Shown: positions 54,884 through 64,000 of the stretch, piece after piece
Position numbering within the stretch: the stretch's first letter is position 1
Layout of the letters: each line of letters opens with the position of its first letter
Assembly: GCA_963781885.1 (NCBI GenBank)
Contig: CAWAHW010000002.1
Coordinates: forward strand, 640,001-704,000
DNA from: an uncultured Spirochaetota bacterium
GTDB lineage: Bacteria > Spirochaetota > Spirochaetia > SZUA-6 > Fen-1364
Direction: 5' to 3'
Length of the DNA stretch: 64,000 nt
Made by a program: the position numbers and the translations under genes
The notes under the pieces: model-generated
The model's input: only the letters and a program-made list of their open reading frames with translations
Databases searched by the model: none
Told to the model about the DNA's origin: nothing

Positions 54884-56355
54884 TTACAGCCCGCCCACCG
54901 TGAATGAGCCGATGAACGAGAGCAACGGAGAGGGATAGACACCGAGGGCGACGATGCCGATCGTCAGCACGGCCAGGGCCAGAGCGGCAAGGAACGGGGC
55001 CTGTACCGCGATGACGCGTCCCGTCGTCGGCGCGGATTCCGCCAGGCCTCGGAACATCGCGGAGACGATCTTCAGATAGTAGAAAATGGATATCGTCCCG
55101 TTCACGGCAAGGATGACGGCGAGCACCCACAGCTCCGCCCCCGCGCCGGCGCGCAGGATGATGAACTTCCCGACAAAACCCGCCGTGAGCGGGAGCCCCG
55201 CCAGGGAGAGGAGCATCGCCGTGAGCGTCGCGGCAAGCCAGGGACGACGTGCCGCGAGCCCCTTGTAATCCTCCAGAGCGTCCGCCTCGCGATCGGGCGT
55301 TGAAAGCTCGGAGATGACGGCGAATGCGCCGAGCGTGGTGGCGAAGTAGGCCACGAGGTAGAAGGCGATGGCGCGGAGGGCCTCGCCCCCGCCCGCGAGG
55401 AATGCCACGAGCACGTAGCCGAGGTGAGCGATCGATGAGTAGGCGAGGATGCGCTTCACGTTCGATTCACGCAGGGCCAGGATGTTGCCGGCGAACATCG
55501 ACAGACCGGCGATCAGCGCGAAGACGAGCGGGAACGCCGGAATCGTCCCCGAACCCGAGGCGAGGAGCCCGCCGCCGGGACCGAGGAGAGCCGGCCCAAT
55601 GAACGCGCCAGCACGACGACCATGGCGCCTTTGGACACCGTGGCGACGAAGCCGGTCACCGGCGCCGGCGCCCCGTCGTAGACGTCGGGCGTCCACAGAT
55701 GGAAGGGCACGACGGCGAGCTTGAAACCGATGCCGACGAGCATCATGGCAAGACCCACCGAGGTGAGCGCACCCTGGTTGCCGCCGGCGGTCGCCAGCTG
55801 CGAAAGGACCATATTCCCCGTGTCGGCGTAGATGAGCGCCATGCCGAAGAGGAGAAAGGCGGAGGAAGCGCCCGCGAGGATCAGATACTTGATCGCGGCC
55901 TCCGTGGACGGCGCCCGTTCGCGCCGCCAGCCGATCATCGCGTAAAGGGCGACGCTCATGAGCTCCAGCCCGAGGAAGAACGTGGCGAAGGAGTTCGCCG
56001 CGGCGAGGATGCAGGCCCCCAGCGCGGAGAGCAGCAGGAGGAAGAAGAAGTCGCCGCCCTCGTCGTCGCGCCGGCGCAGGTACGACCAGGAGCTGATGGC
56101 GGCGAATACCGTCGCTCCGATGAGGAGGAGGAGGCCGAACAGGACGAATCGATCGAAGACCATGAGCGCGCCGGGCGCGGCAGGCGCCCCGTTCCAGGCG
56201 AAGGGAACGGACGCAAAAGCCACCAGGAGCCCGACGAGCGTGATCCAGAAGCAGACGGCCAGGTTCCGCGTGAATGCCGCCGCCAGGAGCACGATCAGGG
56301 AAAAGACGGCCAGCGTGCCGAGGGGGAGGAGCCCCACGAGATCGATCCCGCTCAT
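54884..56355 (-). CDS. nuoN: NADH-quinone oxidoreductase subunit N (frameshift at about 55604)
   Basis: EAAIKY, FKLAVVPFHLWTPDVYDGAP, KRILAYSSIAHLGY, SLAGLPLTAGF.GK. Confidence 0.93.
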
Positions 56356-57860
56356 CACATCCCTCCCTGCTGCACGGCGGCGAGCACGCCCGTCACGACG
56401 CTCTGCACCATGTCCAGCAGCGGTCGGGGATAGAAGCCGAAGACGACAAGCGCAGCGATCATGACGAACAGCGCAACGGTCTCAATGGTGGACAGATCCG
56501 GCAGGACCCACGTCTCCCGCGGCGCGCCGTGGAACGCGGTCTGGAACAGGCGCAGCGCATAGATCGTGGCGATGACGAGCCCGACGCCCGCAAGAACGGT
56601 CGCCACGCCGCTTGCCTGCCACGTGCCGACCAGGACCAGGAACTCAGAGACGAAGTTCAGGAGCCCGGGCAGACCGACGAGCGCCATGGAAAGAACGAGC
56701 GCGGCGGCGCCCATGCGCGGCACCTGGGACCAGAGGCCCCCCATGCGCGTCAGGTCGCGCGTGTGGATGCGGTCCTGCAGGGCGCCGACGAGCATGAACA
56801 ACGCGCCCGTGCTGATGCCGTGGCTCACCATCTGGAGGATGGCACCCGACAGGGCCTGCGGCGTGAAGGCATAGATGCCGAGCAGCACGAAGCCGAGGTG
56901 GCTGACGCTCGTGTACGCGACGACGCGCTTCATGTCGGTCTGGCTGAAGGCCATGATGCCGCCGTAGATGATGCCCGCCACGGCCATGCCGATGGCGACC
57001 GGTGCGAAGGCGTGCGAGGCCGACGGGAACAGGGGGAGCGCGAAACGGATGAGCCCGTATCCGCCCGTCTTCAGCAGGAGGCCGGCGAGGATCACGCTGC
57101 CCGCCGTGGGCGCCTCGGTATGCGCATCCGGCAGCCACGTGTGCAGCGGGAAGGCGGGCAACTTGACGGCGAAGGCGGCGAAGAAGCCCAGCATGACGAG
57201 CGTGCCGACCACGGGCGACATGACCGTGCCGATCAGCTGGTCATAGGCGAATGTCCAGGTGCCGGTGGCCATGCCGTGGATCACCACCAGCGCGATGATG
57301 GAGACGAGCATCAAGAGGCCGCCGATCTGCGTGAAGAGGAAGAACTTGACGGCCGCCTTGTGCCGGTTCTCGTGACCCCAGACGTCGATGAGGAAATACA
57401 TCGGGATCAGCATGAGCTCCCAGAAGAAGGCGAAGAGGAAGAGGTCCGTGGCGAGGAAGACGCCGTTGACGCCCGCCAGCACGAGCGCCAGATTGAAGTG
57501 GAAGAATGCAACCTTTTCCGTGATGCCCTTCCAGGAGGCAATCACCGACACGATGCCCAGGAAGCCGGTGAGGGCGAGCAGCGTGAGGGAGAGCCCGTCC
57601 AGGCCGAGGGAGAAGGTGATGCCCAGGCCCGGGATCCAGGGCGCGTGGAGCTCCGCAAGCCAGGTCGTGCCTCCCGTCGAGAGCACGGAGGGAAGACTCC
57701 ACGCTCCCGCCGCGGCTCCCCACAGCACCCCTGCGAGACAGAGATTGATGGCGTTTGCCGCAAGCGTGAGCCAGCGGGACCAGCCCGTGTTGGCCCTGCC
57801 GAGCATCCAACCGATGAGCCCCAGGACCAGCGGGGACAGTATGAATAGTGAGAGCGTCAT
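56355..57860 (-). CDS. nuoM: NADH-quinone oxidoreductase subunit M
   Basis: LGLDGLS, FWELMLIPMYFLI, PLHTWLPDAHTEAPTAGS, AYTSVSHLG. Confidence 0.96.
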   Translation of the reverse strand: MTLSLFILSPLVLGLIGWMLGRANTGWSRWLTLAANAINLCLAGVLWGAAAGAWSLPSVLSTGGTTWLAELHAPWIPGLGITFSLGLDGLSLTLLALTGFLGIVSVIASWKGITEKVAFFHFNLALVLAGVNGVFLATDLFLFAFFWELMLIPMYFLIDVWGHENRHKAAVKFFLFTQIGGLLMLVSIIALVVIHGMATGTWTFAYDQLIGTVMSPVVGTLVMLGFFAAFAVKLPAFPLHTWLPDAHTEAPTAGSVILAGLLLKTGGYGLIRFALPLFPSASHAFAPVAIGMAVAGIIYGGIMAFSQTDMKRVVAYTSVSHLGFVLLGIYAFTPQALSGAILQMVSHGISTGALFMLVGALQDRIHTRDLTRMGGLWSQVPRMGAAALVLSMALVGLPGLLNFVSEFLVLVGTWQASGVATVLAGVGLVIATIYALRLFQTAFHGAPRETWVLPDLSTIETVALFVMIAALVVFGFYPRPLLDMVQSVVTGVLAAVQQGGM

Positions 57861-59821
57861 AGCAGCACCACCGCAACGACGACCAGGACGGCCCCTCCGG
57901 CGATGCCCGCCGCGTACCATCGCACCTTGCCGCTCTGCGTCCAGCGGAATGCCCGCGAGAGGAGCAGCAGGAGGGCGCCGATGCCGTCAAAGAGCCTGTC
58001 CACGACGTCCCGTACGTTGACGCGCGCGATCCAGACGAAGGGACGCACGAGCAGCGTGTCATAGAGCCAGTCGAAGCCCCACCCGTTCTGGAGGAAGCGT
58101 ATCGGGGCCGCGCGGCGGGCGGGCAGAGGCTTGCGCGCGCGTCGGGCGATGAGCCACGCCACGGGGATGCCCAGCAGGGATGCCGCCTCCGAGACGATCT
58201 GCAGGATCAGCTCGAGGCGCGCCGAAGGCTCGGGCATGGTCTCCGTGGGCAGCGCGGTGTGGAGGAAGCGCAGCAGGTACGGGGTGCCGCCGACATTGCC
58301 CGGCAACCCGAGGAAGCCGCCGACGAGGCAGAGCGCGGCAAGAATGGCAAGCGGGATGCCCATGATGGCGCCCGCCTGCATGCGGTTCTTTCCTTCCGCC
58401 TGCCCGGTGCCGGGGGCGTGGCCGGCGTGCGCGGCGTCAGGCGCGTGCGGCGCGGCAGCAGCCTCGCGCGGTGCGCCGCCGAAGACGACGAACACGAGAC
58501 GGAAGATGTAGACCGACGTGATGAAGACCCCCGCGATTCCCAGCGCCCAGAATATCCGGCCCGCACCGCCCGCCTGCCAGGCGTCGGCAAGGATGAGGTC
58601 CTTGCTCGCGAATCCCGCCGTGGTGGGCGGAACGGCCGCGATGGCGAACGCGGCGATCAGGAACATCCAGAAGGCGAAGGGCGATTTTTTCGCCATGCCG
58701 CCCATCGCGAAGATGTCGTGCTCGTGGTTCATGGCGAGGATCACGACACCCGCGCCGAGGAAGAGAAGCGACTTGAAGAAGGCATGGGTGACGAGGTGGA
58801 AGATCGCCCCGGACCATGCCCCAATGCCCAGCGCCAGGAACATGTAGCCGAGCTGGCTCATGGTGGAGTAGGCGAGCACGCGCTTGATATTCCTCTGCAC
58901 CGTGGCGCTCAGGCCCGCGACCAGAACGCCGGCGATGCCGATGATCGCCACGGCGAGCTGCACGGCCGGCGCCAGGGAGAAGAGCACGTTCGTGCGCGCG
59001 ATCAGGTAGACGCCCGCCGTGACCATGGTGGCGGCGTGGATCAGGGCGCTCACGGGTGACGGTCCTGCCATGGCGTCCGGGAGCCACGTCTGCAGCGGGA
59101 GTTGCGCGGACTTGCCCACGGCGCCGCCCAGGAGAAGGGCAGCCACCGCCACCGCGATGGTGGAGCCGATCTGCCACTGCGCGGAAGCCTGCTTTGCGAT
59201 CCCGGCGAAATCGAGCGTGCCCAGATTCGTGGCGATGAGGAAGAGCGCGATGGCAAGCGACACGTCACCGACCCGGGTGACGATGAAGGCCTTGCGCGCC
59301 GAGCGGCCGTTTTCCGGGTCCTTGTACCAGAACCCGATGAGGAGGAAGCTGCACAGGCCCACGCCTTCCCACCCGAGGTAGAGGAGAAGGAGATTGCTCG
59401 CCATGACCAGGAGGAGCATGGAGCCGACAAAAAGGTTCATGTAGGCAAAGAACCGGCTGTAGCCCTCCTCATCCGCCATGAAGCGCATGGAGTAGAAATG
59501 GATGAGGAAGCCCACGCCGGTGACCACGAGCATCATGACCACGGACAGGGCATCGACGGTGAAGGCGATGCCGGGATTGAATCCCCCCGCGCTGATCCAC
59601 TGCCAGAGCACGATCGTGATGCTTCCCGAGGCCGGGGGTGAGGAGGCGAAAAGCGCCGATGCCACCGCGGCGGCGGCAAAGGCAAGCCCCACGGAGCCCG
59701 CGCCGATGAGCGCGGAGACGGCCTTGGAGAACCGGCCGCCGCCGATGGCCAGGGCAAGGAAGCCGGCAAAGGGCAACGCGGGAATGCACCAGATCCAGCT
59801 CAGGCTGTTCATCCCCCTCAT
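57857..59821 (-). CDS. nuoL: NADH-quinone oxidoreductase subunit L
   Basis: [50 protein letters not shown]. Confidence 0.96.
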   Translation of the reverse strand: MRGMNSLSWIWCIPALPFAGFLALAIGGGRFSKAVSALIGAGSVGLAFAAAAVASALFASSPPASGSITIVLWQWISAGGFNPGIAFTVDALSVVMMLVVTGVGFLIHFYSMRFMADEEGYSRFFAYMNLFVGSMLLLVMASNLLLLYLGWEGVGLCSFLLIGFWYKDPENGRSARKAFIVTRVGDVSLAIALFLIATNLGTLDFAGIAKQASAQWQIGSTIAVAVAALLLGGAVGKSAQLPLQTWLPDAMAGPSPVSALIHAATMVTAGVYLIARTNVLFSLAPAVQLAVAIIGIAGVLVAGLSATVQRNIKRVLAYSTMSQLGYMFLALGIGAWSGAIFHLVTHAFFKSLLFLGAGVVILAMNHEHDIFAMGGMAKKSPFAFWMFLIAAFAIAAVPPTTAGFASKDLILADAWQAGGAGRIFWALGIAGVFITSVYIFRLVFVVFGGAPREAAAAPHAPDAAHAGHAPGTGQAEGKNRMQAGAIMGIPLAILAALCLVGGFLGLPGNVGGTPYLLRFLHTALPTETMPEPSARLELILQIVSEAASLLGIPVAWLIARRARKPLPARRAAPIRFLQNGWGFDWLYDTLLVRPFVWIARVNVRDVVDRLFDGIGALLLLLSRAFRWTQSGKVRWYAAGIAGGAVLVVVAVVLL

Positions 59822-60126
59822 CCTCCCCGGGCGCGCATGGCGTCCGCGTCAAGGGTCTTTCCGCGGCCGAAGTGCAGGAGAAGAAGCGCGAGTCCCACGG
59901 CGACCTCCGCCGCTGCCATGGCCAGGAGGAAGATGAACATCACCTGGCCGTCCGCCTGCGCCCAGCGCGCGCCCGCGACGATGAAGGCAAGCCCCGCGGC
60001 GTTCAGCATGATCTCCACGCAGAGGAGGATGAAGAGGAGGTTGCGCCGCACGATGAGGCCGACAAGGCCGAGAGAGAAAAGCACCGCGGCGACGATCAAT
60101 CCGTACTCGAAGGGGATGGACGCCAT
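59818..60126 (-). CDS. nuoK: NADH-quinone oxidoreductase subunit K
   Basis: RRNL.F.L...[16 protein letters not shown]. Confidence 0.96.
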   Translation of the reverse strand: MASIPFEYGLIVAAVLFSLGLVGLIVRRNLLFILLCVEIMLNAAGLAFIVAGARWAQADGQVMFIFLLAMAAAEVAVGLALLLLHFGRGKTLDADAMRARGG

Positions 60127-60618
60127 CTAGTTCCTCCTCTCCTCGGACGTCGACGCGCGACGTCCGAGATGGAAGGCCCCCACGAGCCCCGCCAGGAGCA
60201 GGAAGGCGGCGATCTCCGCACCGAGGATGTACGGCCCGAAGAGGGCCATGCCCACCTGTTTCGGGCCGATCTCCGTCGTCGGCTGCGGCGCAAAGGAGCC
60301 CTGCGCGAGCGCCCAGGCAAGCAGCCCCAGCAGGATGGCGCCGAGCAGGGAAGGTCCGATCCACGTCCGGGGCGGCACCCGGATGCTTTCGGGTCCGATG
60401 AGCATGATCACGAATATGAAAAGCACCATGATGGCCCCGGCGTAGATGATCACCTCGAGGGCCGCGACGAAGGCGGCCCCCAGCACGAACATGATCACCG
60501 CGGCCGCGAGCAGCGAGACCACGAGGTAGAGCAGCGCGTGCACGGCGCTTCGCCGGGTGATGACCATCACCGTTGCCGCTATTGCCACCAGGCCGCTCGC
60601 CCAGAACACCGCGTTCAT
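60127..60618 (-). CDS. nuoJ: NADH-quinone oxidoreductase subunit J
   Basis: [27 protein letters not shown]. Confidence 0.95.
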   Translation of the reverse strand: MNAVFWASGLVAIAATVMVITRRSAVHALLYLVVSLLAAAVIMFVLGAAFVAALEVIIYAGAIMVLFIFVIMLIGPESIRVPPRTWIGPSLLGAILLGLLAWALAQGSFAPQPTTEIGPKQVGMALFGPYILGAEIAAFLLLAGLVGAFHLGRRASTSEERRN

Positions 60619-61130
60619 GGCAGGAGGCTCCGCAGGTCCACCGGGGGCGCCTCGTTCTCCGCCTCCCCCTTGCCCTTCCCGCTGATCTCCATGCCGGAGA
60701 CCTTGTAGAAGTTGTAGCCGGGGTACTTGCCCGTCCCCGAGATCAGGAGGTCTTCCTTTTCATAGACGAGGTTCTTCCGTTCGTATTCGGCCATCTCGTA
60801 GTCGGGGGTGAGCTGGATGGCGAATGTCGGGCAGGCTTCCTCGCAGAGGCCGCAGTAGATGCAGCGCGACATGTTGATGCGGAAGAAATCCGGTTTCCGC
60901 CGCCCCTTCTCGTCGATGGAGGCCTGCAGCGCGATGCAGGAGACGGGGCACACGGCGGAGCAGAGGTGGCATGCCACGCAGCGCTCCTCCCCGTCGGGGT
61001 CGCGCGTGAGCACGATCCGTCCGCGCCAGCGGGCGGGAAGCCTCCGCTTCTTCTCGGGATAGAGGACGGTCACGCGCGCGTGGAACGCGTGACGAAATGT
61101 GATCCAGAGCGTCCGAAGGATGCTCCACAT
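60615..61130 (-). CDS. nuoI: NADH-quinone oxidoreductase subunit I
   Basis: [22 protein letters not shown]...[15 protein letters not shown]; ATG at 61130 with an AAGGAG RBS. Confidence 0.96.
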   Translation of the reverse strand: MWSILRTLWITFRHAFHARVTVLYPEKKRRLPARWRGRIVLTRDPDGEERCVACHLCSAVCPVSCIALQASIDEKGRRKPDFFRINMSRCIYCGLCEEACPTFAIQLTPDYEMAEYERKNLVYEKEDLLISGTGKYPGYNFYKVSGMEISGKGKGEAENEAPPVDLRSLLP

Positions 61131-61225
61131 AGGTTCCACTCCTTGGGCGCCCCCCGTCCGCCCCTCCGCTCACCTCAGCGGCAAACCGCTGAAGGGCGGC
61201 GTCGGCGCCGATCGGGGGCTGCCGG

Positions 61226-62182
61226 CTATTTTCCCACGGCGAGCACGATGCCGCCGGTCACAGCGAGGTTGAGCAGAGAGAGGGGAAGCATGAGCTTCCA
61301 CCCGAAGGAGAGAAGCTGGTCGTAGCGGGGCCGCGGGAGGGCCGCGCGCACGAGGATGAAGAAAGCGATGAACGCCAGCGTCTTCACGATGAACCAGATG
61401 AAGGGCGGCAGGAACGGACCCTGCCAGCCGCCGAAGAAGAGGGTCACGATCATCATGGAGATGAGGGTGATGCCGATGTATTCACCGACGTAGAACATGG
61501 CGAACTTGAAGCCGGAATACTCGGTGTGGAAACCGGCCACCAGCTCGCTTTCCGCCTCGGGAAGGTCGAAGGGGATGCGGCGCGTTTCCGCCAGACCCGC
61601 GATGAAGAACACGACGAAGCCGACGAACTGTGGCACGACGTACCACAGCCGCGCCTGCGCCTCCACGATGTCCCGCATGCTGAAGGAGCCCGCCATGAGC
61701 ACGACGCCCATGAGGGAGAGGCCCATGAACACCTCGTAGCTCACCATCTGGCCCACGGCGCGGATGCCGCCCAGGAGGGAGTACTTGTTGTTGGAGGCCC
61801 ACCCCGCGAGCGCCACGCTGTAGACGGCGAACGACGACATGGCGAGGAAATAGAGGAGCCCGATGTCGATGTCGGACACGAGTATTGCGGGGGCAATCGG
61901 GATGACGGCGAACGAGGCGAGCGTCGTGATCATGATGATCGCGGGGGCGATCACAAAGATGGCCTTGTCCGCGAATGGGGCGATCCAGTTCTCCTTCGTG
62001 AAGATCTTGAGCATGTCGGCCACGACTTGTAGAACGCCGAAGGGACCCGCGCGGTTCGGTCCGTAGCGCTCCTGGAAGACGCCGAGGAGCCTGCGCTCGA
62101 ACCAGATGATGCCCGCGGCGAAGAGGAGCGCGCCGATGAGGACGCCGAGGATGACGATGATGGAAAGACCGACAGAGCTCAT
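61226..62182 (-). CDS. nuoH: NADH-quinone oxidoreductase subunit H
   Basis: [44 protein letters not shown]. Confidence 0.96.
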   Translation of the reverse strand: MSSVGLSIIVILGVLIGALLFAAGIIWFERRLLGVFQERYGPNRAGPFGVLQVVADMLKIFTKENWIAPFADKAIFVIAPAIIMITTLASFAVIPIAPAILVSDIDIGLLYFLAMSSFAVYSVALAGWASNNKYSLLGGIRAVGQMVSYEVFMGLSLMGVVLMAGSFSMRDIVEAQARLWYVVPQFVGFVVFFIAGLAETRRIPFDLPEAESELVAGFHTEYSGFKFAMFYVGEYIGITLISMMIVTLFFGGWQGPFLPPFIWFIVKTLAFIAFFILVRAALPRPRYDQLLSFGWKLMLPLSLLNLAVTGGIVLAVGK

Positions 62183-64000
62183 CGTCCGCCTCCCGTGACG
62201 CGCGCCCACACCGGCAGAGCCGCACCCGCGCTGTCTCCTGCCATCAGGGAAGCGATGCCCGCGGCCATCTCCCGAATCTGCACGACCAGCTCCACCGTTG
62301 CGCCGCCTTCCATCTGGATGAGCACCTTCTGGCCGTTTGCAAGGTCGCGGGCGTGTGCGTCCGGCTCAGAGAGTGAAAGGCGAGGGCCGGTGGAACGCGC
62401 CGCGACGCCGGGTGCAAAGGACGACAGCTCTTCAGACCCGAACACATTGTGCCGGGCAACGAGGAGAAGCTGGCCTTCCCGCGCGGCGTGGGCGGCAGGC
62501 ACGGTGGCGAACCACGCGCCTGCATCCGTGTCGGCAGGCTCGAAGAGCCGCACGCCGGGGTCCCCGCCCACGAGCTGGCCGCTCACCTCCGCCTGGAACT
62601 TGCTGAGGGACTGGTCGGAGTTCCATCCCGGCGACCAGAAGCGCGCGTTGAGGCTTGCCGGCGCGCCGCGCGAGGCGCCTTCCATCGAATACGCAAGCGA
62701 AGAGTCCAGGTCCAAGGGGGGACGCGGCTCGTGGACACTCAGGTTGGCGGTGACAGCGGTCCTGCCGCTTTCCCGGATGGACTTGCGGGGCACGCGTAGG
62801 CCATGCAGCCTGTAGTCGGCGCCCGGCGCGGCGTCACGGATGCCGGCCAGCTCGGGCAGCTCGGCCGCGAGCGCCTGGATCAGCTCGTCGAGACGGGCCC
62901 ACGCGGCGGCCTTTCGCTTCGACGCAACGGCAACACGCTCCACCCACCGCCAAGAATCGGTCATGGTCCCGACCGCGGGCATGACGGAGAAGTACCTCTG
63001 GGCCCGGCCCTCGCTGGAGACGAGCGTGCCGGAGGATTCGGCAAAGCTCGCCGCGGGCAACACGATTTCGGCGGCGGCGCTGGTTGGCGTGGCCGTGTGG
63101 TCAATGGCGATGACGTGGGCGGCGGAGGAGAGCAGGCTCTCCGCGGCCGCCGACCCGACTTCCCGGTACACATCGGCTTCCAGCACGACAAGGGCTGCGC
63201 CCGGCAGCGACGTCGACACGTGGGCCGCCGATTCGATGCCGCCCGCGGCGAGCATCGCCGCGCCCACGCTGTTCGCCTCCGGAAATACCAGACTGATGCG
63301 CGCGTCACGCGCGGCCTTCTTCAGCGCACGCGCAACGTTCGCCGCTGCCTGCACGATAGCGGGGGAGGCAAGGCTGCCGCCGCTCACCACCAGCGGATGT
63401 TCGGCGGTGCGCAGCGCTTCGGCGATCCTTCGCGCCGCGGCCTGAAAGGGCTCCGCGAGGCCGGGGACGGCGGGGCTGGAAGAGTCTATTTCACGCGCGA
63501 CGGCAAAACCCAGGCGCGCGATGTCGGCCGGCGCCGCGCGGAAGGTCTCACGCGCCACCTCGTCGAGCTTCGTTGCCTCCGGCGTGGCCACGAAGAAGGG
63601 GCCCTTCTCATACCGGATGGCCTCCCGAACCGCGGCGTCGTCCCAGCGGTTGAGCTTCTTCTGCTTCACCGCGGCAGCGGCGGGCGCGTTGGCGGCTGCC
63701 TGCCGCAGGTTGAGGCCAAGAATGGGCGCCGTATTCCAGGCGTCTTCGCCAAGCACCAGAACCGCGTCCGCGCCCGCCGCCTGGCGGAGCGTGGCACTCG
63801 GGGCAGGTCCTTCCTTCAGCACGCGGATCATGAGCCGGTGCAATTCCAGCCGGGCATCCGGCACGTTGATGAAGAAATGGTCGGGCCCCACGAGGCTGCG
63901 CAGCGCGAAATTGGATTCAAGCGATGCGCGCGGCGACCCGATGCCGATGACGCTTCCCTTTCCGACCGCCTCCGCGGCGCGCTCCAGAGCCTCCTCCGCC
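62179..64000 (-). CDS. nuoG: NADH-quinone oxidoreductase subunit G, C-terminal part (runs off the right edge)
   Basis: [58 protein letters not shown]; immediately upstream of nuoH. Confidence 0.93.
   Translation of the reverse strand, partial: AEEALERAAEAVGKGSVIGIGSPRASLESNFALRSLVGPDHFFINVPDARLELHRLMIRVLKEGPAPSATLRQAAGADAVLVLGEDAWNTAPILGLNLRQAAANAPAAAAVKQKKLNRWDDAAVREAIRYEKGPFFVATPEATKLDEVARETFRAAPADIARLGFAVAREIDSSSPAVPGLAEPFQAAARRIAEALRTAEHPLVVSGGSLASPAIVQAAANVARALKKAARDARISLVFPEANSVGAAMLAAGGIESAAHVSTSLPGAALVVLEADVYREVGSAAAESLLSSAAHVIAIDHTATPTSAAAEIVLPAASFAESSGTLVSSEGRAQRYFSVMPAVGTMTDSWRWVERVAVASKRKAAAWARLDELIQALAAELPELAGIRDAAPGADYRLHGLRVPRKSIRESGRTAVTANLSVHEPRPPLDLDSSLAYSMEGASRGAPASLNARFWSPGWNSDQSLSKFQAEVSGQLVGGDPGVRLFEPADTDAGAWFATVPAAHAAREGQLLLVARHNVFGSEELSSFAPGVAARSTGPRLSLSEPDAHARDLANGQKVLIQMEGGATVELVVQIREMAAGIASLMAGDSAGAALPVWARVTGGGR

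Overview
High-GC bacterial chromosomal window. It is most likely a free-living Spirochaetia member, inferred from the archaeal-type pyrH, the lolA-rodZ-rimO-uvrD-folE2 run and rplM-rpsI-recX. It is almost all housekeeping and energy metabolism: aconitase, a TCA operon (mdh-mdh-sdhA-sucC-sucD-sucA-sucB-gltA), fumC, an eight-gene F-type ATP synthase with a truncated delta subunit, and the 3' part of an E. coli-type complex I (nuoG-N). It also carries amino-sugar genes (glmS, a GlmU-like protein, a NagB-PIG-L fusion). I found no rRNA, tRNA, CRISPR array, transposase or prophage. Ten genes carry 11 single-base frameshifts that look like assembly errors. The most interesting signals are: (1) a promoter-led structured RNA with a terminator, followed by a 15-codon ORF with a perfect Shine-Dalgarno, at about 4464-4838; (2) an ATP synthase that resembles CPR/Microgenomates enzymes and has a Walker-B Asp->Asn change in beta; (3) a 28-bp REP-like palindromic tandem array; (4) tandem MDH paralogues, one with an altered active-site Asn; and (5) an sdhA with no partner subunits nearby. 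All family assignments come from motif recognition, not database searches.
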